Shown in pieces: positions 51,884 to 63,215 of a DNA stretch of 64,000 nt. The notes beneath the pieces are model-generated. The model did not search any database. It saw only the letters and a list, made by a program, of their open reading frames with translations, and had not been told where the DNA came from. This DNA is from Ostreococcus lucimarinus. Its lineage: Eukaryota. The stretch's first letter is position 1. Every line of letters begins with the position of its first letter. The position numbers and the translations under genes are program-made. The stretch lies in the NCBI GenBank assembly GCA_000092065.1, contig CP000595.1. One strand, written 5' to 3'.

Positions 51884-54148
51884 CTAGACGAAGAGAAACA
51901 TCGGACGCTCGTCGTCGTCGATCATCTTGCGCGCTCTGGCGCAGCCGACGATGCGCTCGAGCTTTAAGGCGTCGAGCTTGCTGAATAAGGCGACGACGCC
52001 GGCGACGTGACCGACGACGGGGGCGCCGGCGACGGCGTCGGTCGCGCGCGCGCTCGCGGCGGCGGACGATCCGGCCAAGTAAGAGACGAGCTCTGGGTAA
52101 AAGTCCCGATGCTCGGGGAGGGAGTAGAAGCAAATCTCGCGGGCGCCTTTGATTCGACGCCTGAAATAAAAGTGCGCGCGCTCGGAGAGGAGCAACACGC
52201 GCTTGCGACCGTCGGCGAATAAGGTGCGAGCGCGAGCGGCTTCGCGAGGCTCGGTGTACTCGCTGTTCACGGCGAAGGAGACGTCTTCGGCGACGAGCAA
52301 GTTGCGAACTCGGACAAAGTCAAAGTACGAACTGACGAAGATCACGACCCCTGGCTCGGGGTTTTCACGTATGCGCGGTAAGACCTTCTTGGTGAAGTAC
52401 TTGAACCGAATGTCGTCGGCGTCGACGACGTCGGAGGCTTTCATGGCGACGCGCTCGAATTGTTGACGCGTCTTCACCGCGAGCTTGCCGAGGACGCCTC
52501 GTTGAGGGGCGCGGAATCGGACTTTGCCCTCGAAGTTGACGCATCGGCGGTTGAACAACGCGTTGATTTCAGGGGTTTGGAACGCCGATAACAGAATCGT
52601 CTGCCTGAGATGACGCGCGTGACCGTTCAAGTGCGACTCGTGCACGCGTTGAATGTCGCAGTCGCGCGTGTCTTTGGGAAGCGCGTTCGTGGCGTCGACG
52701 AGCGTGGCGACGTGCGCCCAATTCTGCATCTGAATCACGTGCGCGTGATCGATGACCAAAATTTCGATCGCGCTCAAGAAATCCGCGGCGGATTTTTCAT
52801 CCTGTAACGCGGTGACGATCCCGAGAGGCGAAGCGAAGATGATATCCGCGCCGAAGAAATCGACGTACAAGCGCACGCTCGCCTTCGTGAGCTTCAAACC
52901 GAGTCGGAAGTGGTCGTCGGTGTTACCCTTGAACAGCGCCTTGTGATCGTCTGGAACAAACGGCTTGTACTTTTTCTTCTTGTTTCCGTGTTCGTCCTCC
53001 ACCTCGTCTTCGCTATCGCTCCCATCGTACGCTAAAAAGTCTTCCTCGATGCGTTCGAGCTTGTTCACCGCGTCGTTTCTGCCGTGCGCCGCCGGACACA
53101 GCTCGAGCAAGCGCATGATGGCTCGACCGGCGATGTTACGCATCGGGGTTAAAAATAACACTGTCGGTCGCACGAAGCCTTGATCGCGAGGGAGGTCGTC
53201 TTCGATCACTTTGACGCCCGCCTTTGCCTTTTTCGCCAGGGATTCGTTATTCTTCATCACGCGATTTCGCGTCCTCGTCACGTGATCGATGACGTGCAAG
53301 CACACCGCATCGAGCGTCTCATCGTTCAATTGTTGTCCCGCCGGTCCTTGGTCGGGAATCAACATTCTATTTCCGTGCTGTACGTCCACGTACGCGGCGA
53401 GCATGGAGTACAATCGCGCCTGATCCTCGCTCGCGAAGCCTTCGCTCCCCGTCACCGTCCTCCATCGCTCGCGTAATTTCGCGTTCACGAACCTCGGCAC
53501 ATCCAGCGTCTTCGGCGGCTCCAACCCGTTCGCGCCCTCCCACGCTCCCTTTTTACCCACGCTCTCCGCCGACGTCTTCGGGAACGACACTCTCTGCGTC
53601 TTCAAGGCCTCCGCCTCGGCGTCCGCGAGCGTCTCTCCGACTCTCAAATGTCGCGCGAGCGCGCCCTCGTCCTCGTCCATCCCACCACCCTCCTCCAGCT
53701 TCTCTCCCGCGCTCGCGCTCGCGTCGTCGTCGGCATCATCGTCGTCGTCGTCGTCGTCGCTTTCTTCGCCGCGGGCGTCGCTTTCGTCGTCGCTCTCGCT
53801 CGAATCGCTCGCCGCGCCGCTCGCGCGCGCCGAACCGCCCGCTCGAGCGTCCGCCGGCGGCGAATCCTCATCTTCCCCGTCCGACGCGCTCGACGTCGTC
53901 GTCTCGCTCCCCGAGCGCTCCGACGCGTCGGACGACGACGCGTCCTCGTCCTCGTCGCTCTCGCGCGCGACGTTCGCGCCGAGCGACGCCAACAGCGCGC
54001 CGTACGCGTCGCCGCCGGCGAGTTCGAGCTCATCCTCCGAGTCCTCTCGCGCCGCGTTCGCGCCGTCGCTCGCGTCGACGCGCGCCGTCTTCGGTCGCGC
54101 GCGATCGCTCGCGCGTCTCGAGCGCTTGCGCGCGTCGCTCGCGGGCAT
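51884..54148 (-). CDS. UTP25: U3 snoRNP protein UTP25 (digestive-organ expansion factor family)
   Basis: Acidic Ser/Asp-rich N-terminus, then the conserved Utp25/DEF C-terminal domain (FKGNTDDHFRLGLKLTKASVRLYVDFFGADIIFASPLGI..., RAHFYFRRRIKGAREICFYSLPE). ATG at 54148. Confidence 0.8.
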   Translation of the reverse strand: MPASDARKRSRRASDRARPKTARVDASDGANAAREDSEDELELAGGDAYGALLASLGANVARESDEDEDASSSDASERSGSETTTSSASDGEDEDSPPADARAGGSARASGAASDSSESDDESDARGEESDDDDDDDDADDDASASAGEKLEEGGGMDEDEGALARHLRVGETLADAEAEALKTQRVSFPKTSAESVGKKGAWEGANGLEPPKTLDVPRFVNAKLRERWRTVTGSEGFASEDQARLYSMLAAYVDVQHGNRMLIPDQGPAGQQLNDETLDAVCLHVIDHVTRTRNRVMKNNESLAKKAKAGVKVIEDDLPRDQGFVRPTVLFLTPMRNIAGRAIMRLLELCPAAHGRNDAVNKLERIEEDFLAYDGSDSEDEVEDEHGNKKKKYKPFVPDDHKALFKGNTDDHFRLGLKLTKASVRLYVDFFGADIIFASPLGIVTALQDEKSAADFLSAIEILVIDHAHVIQMQNWAHVATLVDATNALPKDTRDCDIQRVHESHLNGHARHLRQTILLSAFQTPEINALFNRRCVNFEGKVRFRAPQRGVLGKLAVKTRQQFERVAMKASDVVDADDIRFKYFTKKVLPRIRENPEPGVVIFVSSYFDFVRVRNLLVAEDVSFAVNSEYTEPREAARARTLFADGRKRVLLLSERAHFYFRRRIKGAREICFYSLPEHRDFYPELVSYLAGSSAAASARATDAVAGAPVVGHVAGVVALFSKLDALKLERIVGCARARKMIDDDERPMFLFV

Positions 54149-54230
54149 CGCGCGTCGCGTCGCGCGAGAGAGTGACGCGAAAAGCGATGCTCGACGCGCG
54201 CGTCGACACTTCGACGCGCCGACGCGCGCG

Positions 54231-55589
54231 ATGTCGCGCGCGCTCGCGTTCGGCGTCGCCGTCGGCGGACGACCCGCGTCGCGCGCGATCCGGACGCGAC
54301 GCGCGACGCGCGGACGCGCGCCGAGAGCGCGAGAAACGCGCGCGAAGGTTGACCAAACGCTCAATGAACGCGTCGCCAACTTGCAGCCGTCGAAGACGGT
54401 CGCGCTGACCGATCTCGCGCGCGCGATGCGCGACGCGGGCGAGGACGTCATCGGTCTCGCCGCGGGCGAGCCGGATTTCGCGACGCCGCGCGCGGTCGGC
54501 GACGCGGGGAAGGCGGCCATCGACGCGGGGAAGACGAAGTACTCGCCGAACGACGGCGACGCGAAACTGCGAAACGCGATCGCGCGAAAGCTCGAGGAAG
54601 AGAACGGATTGACGTACGATGGGAAAACGGAGATCGTGCTGTCGAACGGGGCGAAACAGAGCGTGGCGCAGTGCGTGATGGCGACGTGCGGACCGGGGGA
54701 CGAGGTTCTGGTGCCGGCGCCGTATTGGGTGAGTTATCCGGAGATGGTGCGGTTGTCGGGGGCGGAGAGCGTGATCGTGCGGACGACGGCGGATGAGGGA
54801 TTTTTGGTGACGCCGGAACAGCTTCGAAAGGCGATCACGCCGCGGTCGAGGTTGTTGATTTTGTGCTCTCCGAGTAACCCGAGCGGGGCGGTGTATCCGA
54901 AGGAGACGCTGGAGGAGTTGGCGAAAATCGTCGTCGAACATCCGAGATTGATGGTGCTGAGCGATGAGATTTATGAACACATCGTGTACGCGCCCGCGGA
55001 GCATCACTCGATCGCGGCGATGGATGGGATGTGGGAGCGCACGATGGTGGTGAACGGGTTTTCCAAATCCTTCGCCATGACGGGATGGCGTTTAGGATAC
55101 GTCGCCGCGCCCAAACACTTCGCGCGGGCGATGAGTATGATTCAATCTCAAATCACGAGCGGGCCTAACTCAATCTCTCAAGAGGCTGCGCTCGCGGCGT
55201 TGGAATTAGGCTACAAGGGCGGCGAAGACGTCGCGGCGATGGTGCGAGCGTTCGAGCAACGTCGCGACTTCGTCTCCGCACGCTTAAACGCCATTCAAGG
55301 CGTCAAGCTCCCGAAAGTCGACGGAGCATTCTACGTATTCCCAGACGTCAGCGCCTTCTTCGGTGGGAACGCGTCGGCGGAAGGCTTCGGCCCCGTCGCG
55401 GACGTCGACGAGCTCTGCCGGTACATTTTAGAAAAGGGCCAAGTCGCCCTCGTCCCCGGCAGCGCCTTCGGCGTCCCAGAGTGCCTGCGCATCTCCTACG
55501 CCGCATCAAACGCGACGCTCGAGGAAGCGCTCTCGCGCATAGAGCGATGCCTATCGCTCGACGTCTTCACGCGAAACTCCCGGCGTTGA
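54231..55589 (+). CDS. AAT: Class I aminotransferase (prokaryotic-type aspartate/prephenate aminotransferase, organellar)
   Basis: Fold-type I aminotransferase co-linearity: LAAGEPDFATP, SNGAKQS, SPSNPSG, FSKSFAMTGWRLGY (PLP-lysine region). ATG at 54231, 82 bp from the divergent UTP25 start. Confidence 0.85.
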   Translation: MSRALAFGVAVGGRPASRAIRTRRATRGRAPRARETRAKVDQTLNERVANLQPSKTVALTDLARAMRDAGEDVIGLAAGEPDFATPRAVGDAGKAAIDAGKTKYSPNDGDAKLRNAIARKLEEENGLTYDGKTEIVLSNGAKQSVAQCVMATCGPGDEVLVPAPYWVSYPEMVRLSGAESVIVRTTADEGFLVTPEQLRKAITPRSRLLILCSPSNPSGAVYPKETLEELAKIVVEHPRLMVLSDEIYEHIVYAPAEHHSIAAMDGMWERTMVVNGFSKSFAMTGWRLGYVAAPKHFARAMSMIQSQITSGPNSISQEAALAALELGYKGGEDVAAMVRAFEQRRDFVSARLNAIQGVKLPKVDGAFYVFPDVSAFFGGNASAEGFGPVADVDELCRYILEKGQVALVPGSAFGVPECLRISYAASNATLEEALSRIERCLSLDVFTRNSRR

Positions 55590-55775
55590 GCCGAGCGAGC
55601 GACGCGACGCCGCGCCAACCGATGGTTCGCGTCCTGGGCGTCCGAAATACGGCAATACGACGCAATCATCATTAGCGAGCGCGCGCGCCTCGAAATCCTC
55701 CCCCAGCTCCCGCGCCGCGCGCGTCGTCATCCGTCCCGCTCGCGTCGTCGCCGCACTCGTCGCCTCGCTCGCCGA

Positions 55776-56600
55776 ATGTCTCGCGCCCGACCTCGCGCCA
55801 CCCTCGACGACGCCCTCCGCGCGCGCGCGCTCACCGTCCTCGGCGCCCCCGCGTCCGCGCTCGAGTGTTCGACGTCCGCGAGCGCGCTCGCCGCGCTCGC
55901 GGAGTTTCTCGAGGACACAGTCATAAGAGCCCTGCCCGCGGACCAACGCGACGGTTTGCGACGCGCGCGAACCGCGGACGCGCGCGGCGTGCGCGACGCG
56001 CTCACGGCGTACGGCGAACACCTCGAACCCGCGATCGAGGCGCTGGGCGAGGGCGCGCTGGACGCCGTCGCGGACGAGCTGCTGGAGCGAGCGACGGCGC
56101 TCAAACACGCCGACGCGTCGCCGTCGGCGGCGCGGGACGACGTCGAGGCGATCGAACGGTCGAGCAAGAGGCTGAAATTGTTTTCGCGAGACGCCGATGA
56201 AGTGAGCGGGGCGCTGGCGAGCGACGCGGGATGGGAGGCGTTGACGCGGTTGGCGACGGCGCTCGGCGCGGAGACGAACGGGACGGGCGGCGGGAGGGAT
56301 CCGCTCGACGCGTGCGTCTTGCTCGAACGCTGCGTGGTGGCTCAGGAGAGGTTTGTGACGGCGTTCGCGTCGGCGAGCGGGCGAGAGACGGCGAGAAATC
56401 CGCCGAAGCTGGAGGACATGCCGAGCGGGGTCGGACTGAACGGCGACGCCGAAGTGGAGCGCGCCGTCGCCGTCGCTCGGTTATTGCACGTGAACGATCT
56501 GCGGAGGTTACAGAGCGAAGTGGATGCGTTTTTAGTCGCCATGCAAGAGTACACCGCCGATCCCAAGACGGATTCTCGCATCGGAAAAGTCGGACGATAG
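55776..56600 (+). CDS. RTRAF: RTRAF (hCLE/CGI-99, UPF0568)-like protein
   Basis: C-terminus AVARLLHVNDLRRLQSEVDAFLVAMQEYTADPKTDSRIGKVGR matches the RTRAF C-terminal signature (...ADPKTDHRLGKVGR). Confidence 0.6.
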   Translation: MSRARPRATLDDALRARALTVLGAPASALECSTSASALAALAEFLEDTVIRALPADQRDGLRRARTADARGVRDALTAYGEHLEPAIEALGEGALDAVADELLERATALKHADASPSAARDDVEAIERSSKRLKLFSRDADEVSGALASDAGWEALTRLATALGAETNGTGGGRDPLDACVLLERCVVAQERFVTAFASASGRETARNPPKLEDMPSGVGLNGDAEVERAVAVARLLHVNDLRRLQSEVDAFLVAMQEYTADPKTDSRIGKVGR

Positions 56601-56679
56601 TCGGCGCGTCGCGTTCACGTTTTAATTCACACGCCGTCGCTAGATAGCTAAGCTCGCTACGTCCTAACCGATCGCTACT

Positions 56680-57417
56680 TCACAGCATGAAATTGCACGA
56701 ACCGTCTGTCCGGATCGACTTGCGCATCAGCACCCTGGGAGACTGTTTCTTCCCGCCGAACAATCCGCCGAGCGAAAACGCGCGTTCCCGCGCCACCTCG
56801 TCGTAACCTTCCCCCGAATACAACGCGTACGCCGCCGCATCGTCCGCGCGCACGTGCAACCACACATCACATCCACCCATATCCAAAACCAACGCCTCGA
56901 CCGCCTTCAACAGCCCCCGCCCGACGCCTCGCCTTCGTCTCGATTTCGCCACGCACGCGTTGGCGAGATACGCCGCGTCGCTCGGCGGCGACACGCTCGC
57001 GTCCCTCTCGATCGGTCGCGTCTTCGCGCTGATGCTCGTCGTCACCAACCCCACGACCTCTCCCCGAGCGTCGCTTCCGTCCTCGACGACGTCCCGCGCG
57101 ACGAGCGCCGTCTCCTCCGCGTCCTCGCCGTTCGCCAGCCCAATCAAATACTTCAACACGTACGCCCTCGGCTTCGCGTCTTCCGTGTCCCCGAACGCGT
57201 CGACGACCAAATCGACGCACTCCCGCACGTCTCTCTCGCGCAATCGCTCCACGCGCGCGCGTCGCGCGTCGCCGAGCGTCATCTCGCGCCGGAACGATTT
57301 CTGAAGCTCGAGCAAGTCGTCCCGTCTCGCGCTCGCCGCGCGCGTCCCGCGCCTCGCGCGTCCGCGACGCGCGATTCGCGCGCTCGCGCGCGTCCGCGGC
57401 GCGCGCGCGCTCGCCAT
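56680..57417 (-). CDS. GNAT-family N-acetyltransferase
   Basis: Acetyl-CoA binding motif region RRRGVGRGLLKAVEALVLDMGGCDVWLHVRADDAAAYALY. ATG at 57417 inside a much longer antisense-extended track ORF. Confidence 0.6.
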   Translation of the reverse strand: MASARAPRTRASARIARRGRARRGTRAASARRDDLLELQKSFRREMTLGDARRARVERLRERDVRECVDLVVDAFGDTEDAKPRAYVLKYLIGLANGEDAEETALVARDVVEDGSDARGEVVGLVTTSISAKTRPIERDASVSPPSDAAYLANACVAKSRRRRGVGRGLLKAVEALVLDMGGCDVWLHVRADDAAAYALYSGEGYDEVARERAFSLGGLFGGKKQSPRVLMRKSIRTDGSCNFML

Positions 57418-57528
57418 CGCGCGCGCTCGCGTCGCGCCGTGGCGCGCGGCGCCACTCCGACGCGCAGTCGTTGACCGATCGCGTCGACGAATCGCGACGC
57501 CGCGACGCGACGCGAGGGACGGCGCGCG

Positions 57529-57645
57529 ATGTCGACCAAGGACGAGGTCGCGAGGCTCGAGCGCGAGCTCGCGAACATGGCGCTGGACGCCAAGCAGGTG
57601 CGCGGCGGCGACGCGAGCGCGATGATTGATGATTTCGATCTCGAC

Positions 57646-57679
<34 letters not shown>

Positions 57680-59118
57680 GATGACTGACGGGACGCGACG
57701 ACGCGCAGCCGGGAAAACTGAACGAGACGCTCGATAAGATGCTGGCGCTGGAGAAGACGTACCGCCTGGCGGCGGACTTCGTCGCGACGCCGCGGCTGTG
57801 CGTCGCGATCGTCGACGTGCTGCGCGCGTGCGAAGACTGGGACGGATTGCGAGAACACGTCGCCGCGCTCACGAAACGACGGGCGCAGTTGAAACAAGCG
57901 ATCGCGGCGATGGTGCGACGGTGCATGGAGTTCATCGATGAAGCGCCGGGGGCGGAACAGCGATTGAAGCTGATCGAGACGCTGTGCGACGCGACGAGCG
58001 GGAAAATTTTTGTCGAAGTCGAAAAGAGTCGGTTGACGCGAGCGCTGGCGAAGATGCACGAAGACGAAGGGCGCGTGGCGGAGGCGTGTGGGGTGATGCA
58101 AGAGGTGGCGATCGAGACGTATGGGGCGCTGACGAGGCACGAGAAGTTGTTCTTCATCGAGGAACAGGTGCGGTTGTGCTTGGCGAAGAAGGATTACCTG
58201 CGAGCGTTGATTTTGAGTCGTAAAATCAACCCCAAGGTGTTCGACGAGCTGATTGAGAAGGAGAAGAAGGACGCAGAAAAGGCGGCGCTGGCGGCGAAGA
58301 GCGCGACGGAGCTGAGTGAGACGGAAAAAGCGGAGCTCAAGGCGGAAAAATTGAAAAAGGAGGGGCAAGTCGAGCACGCCGAGGGATACTTTGAACCCAC
58401 GGACAAAGGCATTCCTTCGCTCGAGGCGCTGAAATTGCGCTATTACGAGCTCATGGTGGAGTACTATAGTCATAGCGATGAATACCTAGAGCAGTGCCGG
58501 TGCTACCAGAACATTCTGGAGTGCGCCGAGGTGAAGCACGACGTCGCGCGGTGGGGGCCGACGCTGAAGAAAGTCGTGTGGTTGGTGTGCCTGAGCAAGC
58601 ACGAGCCGATGCAACAGAGCATCTTACACGGCGTGAAGGGCAACTTAAAGCTGAGCGATTTACCCGCGCACGAGGCGCTCATCAAACAGTTTTGCACCAA
58701 GGAAATTATTCACTGGACGACGCTGCAAGAACGATACGCCGGGGAAATCGCCGCGGAGACGGAACTCTTCGGCGGCGAGAAGGGCGCGAAGCGCGTGGAA
58801 GACTTGAAGCTTCGCGTGATCGAGCACAACATGCTCGTCATCGCCGCCTACTACTCGCGCATGTCCCTCAGCAGACTCTCCGAGCTCTTGTGCCTGTCGC
58901 CCGAGGAGACGGAGAAGCACCTCTCCTCGTGCGTCGTCGACAAATCCGTCGCCGCGAAAATCGACCGCCCGGCCGGTCTCGTCAATTTCTCCGCCGCGAA
59001 ATCCAGCGACTTTTTGCTCAACAAGTGGGTGTCCAACATCGATTCCCTGCTCACGTGCCTCGACAAGGCGTCGCACTTGATTCAAAAGGAATCCCAACAG
59101 TTCAAAGTCGCGCTTTAG
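57529..59118 (+). CDS. RPN5: 26S proteasome regulatory subunit RPN5 (PSMD12), two exons: 57529..57597 and 57709..59118. Intron 57598..57708.
   Basis: Exon 1 MSTKDEVARLERELANMALDAKQ|GTGCGC. After cgcag, exon 2 PGKLNETLDKMLALEKTYRLAAD...PCI domain. Human PSMD12 has an equivalent N-terminal stretch before LSLEKQTR. A single-exon model starting at 57739 is also possible. Confidence 0.8.
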
Positions 59119-59228
59119 TCTCAGAAACCATCGCGAAATACATACAACGCTCTTCTTTTTTACAATCCCGACTTCGCCGCTCGCCTTCGCCGCTCGCCGT
59201 CGCTACTCGCCGTCGCCGCTCGCCGTCG

Positions 59229-59759
59229 CTACTCGCCGTCGCGTCCGGCTCCCTCGCCTCGCGCCTTTTCGTCCCGCTCCAGCTCCGCCAGCCTCTCCAC
59301 CGCCTCCCGCTCTCGCGCCTCCCGCGTCGCGATCGCCTGTTCGAATCGTCGCATCTCCTCGCTCCCTCGCGTCAGCGTCACCTCAAACTTCCCGTTCGCG
59401 TCCGCGCGTCTCTCGCACGCCTCGGCGCACGCCAGCGCGCACGTCTCCCCCGCGTCCTCGCTCGCCTCCGCCCCCGCCGCCGCGCGCTCGCACCCGCCCG
59501 CGCACGCTCTCTCGCACGCCTCCGCGCGCGTCACCCGCGGCTCGTTCGCGCCGTCACCGCGCGTCGTCGACGCCGTCGCCTGTTTTTCATCGCCCTCGAC
59601 GCGGCAAAACACGCGCACGATGAAATCGTCGAATTCGTGCGCGTCGTCGTCGTCCTCGAGCGCTTCGGAGGCGTCTCGACGCGCGCGCGCGACGCCGCGG
59701 ACGCGAATGACGCTCGCGCGCCGTCGCGCGACGCTCGACGCGTCGTCCGCGCGCGGCAT
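59229..59759 (-). CDS. Possible small hypothetical protein
   Basis: 176-aa acidic ORF (MPRADDASSVARRR...[38 protein letters not shown]) convergent with RPN5. It could equally be antisense noise from the GC-rich upstream region of the next gene. Confidence 0.2.
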   Translation of the reverse strand: MPRADDASSVARRRASVIRVRGVARARRDASEALEDDDDAHEFDDFIVRVFCRVEGDEKQATASTTRGDGANEPRVTRAEACERACAGGCERAAAGAEASEDAGETCALACAEACERRADANGKFEVTLTRGSEEMRRFEQAIATREAREREAVERLAELERDEKARGEGAGRDGE

Positions 59760-59937
59760 TCTGCGGCGACGCGCGCGCGCGTCGAATTCGAGCGTTCGAC
59801 CGACGACCGCGACAGAGCGCGGCGCGCGCGACGACCGGGCGCGCGCGAAGGGCGCGCGGGACGACGCGCGAGCGCGACGGCGCGTCGCGAGGGCGAGCGC
59901 GGGCGCGAGGGCGAGGGAAACGGCGCGCGAAACGCGA

Positions 59938-60107
59938 ATGGGTGGGAATCGTGACGGGACGACGATGCGGGCGCGGGGACTCACGAGCGCGCTCTGGGCG
60001 TCGATCGACGCGCGCGCGCGCGACGGGGGCGCAGAGGGGGACGCGTTCGACGCGCGGGACGCGCGGGGGGGCGCGGCGACGACGAAGCGTGGATCGGGCG
60101 AGGTCGG

Positions 60108-60139
<32 letters not shown>

Positions 60140-61566
60140 GCGAGCGAGAAGAGACGACGGATGATTTAGAGCTGTACGCCGCGCGGTGCGCGCTGGAAGC
60201 GACGCGGGCGATGGAAACGCGCGCTGTGCTGTGGGCGGCGATGAATCAGTGGAAACTGGCGATGGGAAGGAGGGTGAGGAACGAGGCGTTGGCGACGACG
60301 GCGCGGAGACGGAGGCGCAAGCGGGAGCTGAGGCGATGCTTCGCGCGGTGGTGCGTGCAGATGCCGATGCGGGCGGCGAACGATGGGTGGAATCGGTTCG
60401 GCGCGCGGTCGACGTACATCGCGGGGTTGATCGAGACCGAGGATGGGGACTTCGACGACGAGGAATTCCCGACGGATTATCGCGCCGAGTTGGAGATTCG
60501 GCTGAGTCAAATCGCGCGCTTGGAGGACGCGTTGAAGGACGCGAACGCGCGCGCGGCGGTGGCGAGACGCGAAGAAAACGTCGAGGCGCAGATGAGTAAG
60601 TTTCGTACGCACTTGCAAAACGTGCAGCGCGAGTTAGAGAACGTCAAGCGCGAGAGGGACGCGTACAAGATGAAATGGCACGCCTCGTCGGGTCCAGCCG
60701 AGGCGAAGACGCGCGAGGCGCGTCGGGCGAATCAGCGCACGATGGCGACGCAGACGACGTTTGACGACGACGAGAAGAAGAAAGACGCAGAGGTGGCGCC
60801 TTCAAAGAAGGAAATTCGCGCCGCGGAGGAAAAGTGGATGGAACAGGCGCGTCTCTTTGAACAAAAGTTTGAACGCCAAATGGAAATCTCCAACGAGTAC
60901 GACCGCAAGTTGCGAGACGAGCGCACGAGGTTGATGCGCAGTGAGGCGAGATATGAGGCAAGAATCGAGGAGTTAACGACAAAGCAAGCCGAATTGATCG
61001 CCGAGTTGTCCGTGCGAGGCGTCGGGACGGCACCGACGAGCGAACAAACGGTGGATTTCAGCCGCAATCAATTCGCCGAGTACGCGAAAATCGGCGCCGA
61101 GGCGGCGACGACGCGCGCGTTCCCCGACGCTTCCCCGATCGCGACGCTCCATCCGCCGTCGCCACCGATGGAGATGTTTGAGTCGCCGTCAGCGAATTTC
61201 GACGACGCGGAAACCAAGTCCGATGTCGAAGTTGAGAAGATTTCCCCCGCGAAATTCGAGAGCGCGAAGAAGCTCAACTTCGCCGCGGCGTTGGATGATT
61301 TCTCCTCGAGCGACGACGAGGATGTCAACCGCAGACCGATGCCACCGCCGCAGATACCAACCACAAATAATATGCAGGCACCAACACCGCCGCTCGCGCG
61401 GACATCGAGCGCGAGGAAGCCTCTTCGTCTCACCGTCGCCGTGGCGAAAATCGTCATGCTCGGTTACTCGCAGCGAGACGCCATCGAGGCTTTGAAACAC
61501 GTCGACGGCAACGACGTCCACGACGCCTTGGCCTGGCTCGAGCGTCGCGCCCGCACAGCCGCGTAG
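59938..61566 (+). CDS. Coiled-coil protein with a C-terminal UBA domain
   Basis: C-terminal VAKIVMLGYSQRDAIEALKHVDGNDVHDALAWLERR fits the UBA fold. The central region is coiled-coil. The track ORF extends upstream to 59620, and the start is uncertain. Confidence 0.5.
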
Positions 61567-61919
61567 CTCACGCGTGTAACCATATTTCGCACACTTCGCC
61601 GCGCCTTCTTCGTCCTTCGCCGCGCCTCGTTCGCGGTCGCCTCGTTGACCGCGCGTCGTCACACGCCAGCGCGGTCACAGCGCGGACGGACGCCCCCGCT
61701 CGCCCGACGCGACACCGACGCACGGAACCGCACTCGCGCGACGCGTAGGCACCGCGAGACGTAGAAATCAGCCACCATGGTGCGCGAGCGACGCGCGTAA
61801 AGTTTGATTTCCGCCCGATTCACAACAAACTTTCACCGCGAAAATCGCACGCGTGACGCCCGCGGAGCGCGCTCGAGACCGTGACTGACGCTCGAACGCT
61901 TGCGCGATGTCTGTCGCAG

Positions 61920-62153
61920 ATGATCAAAGTGAAGACGCTGACTGGGAAGGAGATCGAGATCGACATCGAGCCCACGGACAGCGTGGAGCGCATCAAGGAG
62001 CGCGTGGAGGAAAAGGAGGGCATTCCGCCGGTGCAGCAGCGGTTGATTTTCGGTGGGAAACAGATGAACGACGAGAAGATCGCGAAGGATTACAACATCG
62101 AGGGTGGGAGCGTGCTGCACTTGGTGCTGGCGCTGCGAGGAGGGCGGAAGTAG
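61920..62153 (+). CDS. NEDD8: NEDD8/RUB1 ubiquitin-like protein
   Basis: [75 protein letters not shown] is essentially identical to NEDD8/RUB1. The track ORF starts at an upstream GTG. Confidence 0.9.
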   Translation: MIKVKTLTGKEIEIDIEPTDSVERIKERVEEKEGIPPVQQRLIFGGKQMNDEKIAKDYNIEGGSVLHLVLALRGGRK

Positions 62154-62242
62154 AGCGCGACGAGTCGACGAGACGACTGAAATGTTAGCCTAAACGCTGT
62201 AATGGTAACCTAAAGAATCGCTGATTTATCACACAAATTGAA

Positions 62243-62653
62243 TTACGCAGTCTTCATGAACATCGTGCGAAGGACAACCTCTTCGCTCCCGACAGCCGGT
62301 CTCGCGAGTTCCTCGGAGGCGGCTTTGAACACCGCCGGCGCGCACGTAAAGTTGACGACGACTTGGTACGCATCCGGGTAACCCTTAATCTCGTACGAGT
62401 TCGGCTTCAATCCGTGCTCGGTTTGCTCCCACGCCACCAAACCTTCACCAAACATCGCCTTGAAATCATCCATCGTGGTCGCACGCGTGGCGTCATCGCA
62501 ATCCGGGCGCAACAACATGACGCCCTCGTACGAGTTCGGCTCGTTCTTCTTCGCCACGGCGCGCGTCTTTTGGCATTCACCACGACGCGTCGTCGACGTC
62601 ACGCGCGTCGGCGCGCGCACACCAGAGGTCACTGTGCATTCACAAACGCGCAT
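62243..62653 (-). CDS. RPS6: Organellar (plastid-type) ribosomal protein bS6 with N-terminal targeting extension
   Basis: YEGVMLLRPD...KGYPDAYQVVVNFTCAPAVFKAASEELARPAVGSEEVVLRTMFMKT follows the bacterial S6 pattern (YE.VF.V.PD ... IRSMVMRT). Confidence 0.65.
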   Translation of the reverse strand: MRVCECTVTSGVRAPTRVTSTTRRGECQKTRAVAKKNEPNSYEGVMLLRPDCDDATRATTMDDFKAMFGEGLVAWEQTEHGLKPNSYEIKGYPDAYQVVVNFTCAPAVFKAASEELARPAVGSEEVVLRTMFMKTA

Positions 62654-63215
62654 CTTTCGTCAGTCATCGTTCGCGTCGTCTCGATCGAGCGTCTCGCCGC
62701 GCCGCGCCGCCGCGATAGGTTCTAGGGCAGCTTCTAGGGTCTCGCCGCATTCGACTCGTCGTCCGTCCCACGCGACGCCCTCGCGCGCGCGCGAACGCGC
62801 GCGAACGATCGCCCGAAATCCCTCGCATCGGTTTCGTCGCTCCGAGCGCCCGCGCGACGCGTTTCGCCCGCACGCGCGAGGGAAATCGCGCCGTCGGCGG
62901 GACGTCACCGCGAGCGTCGGCGTCGCCTATCCATCGTCACCACCGCGCGCGCGCGCGCGCTTTCGCGTCGCGCGTCGCGCGAGGTGGTGAAGAATATTCG
63001 CGGTCGTCGTCTACGGGCGTACCTCGAGCGATGGAGTGCATGTTCGCGCGTCAATGTGTCGCGCGCGCGCGGCGTGGGGTGCTTTCGGCGCGTGGGACCA
63101 GGGACACTGACTGTTTATAGTGTACATGACTGTTTGCCCATAGACGGATTGACATCGGTCGGTCGACGCCGGCGACGGCGACTGACGAGCGCGTCCTGCG
63201 CGAATACTAAGCGAG

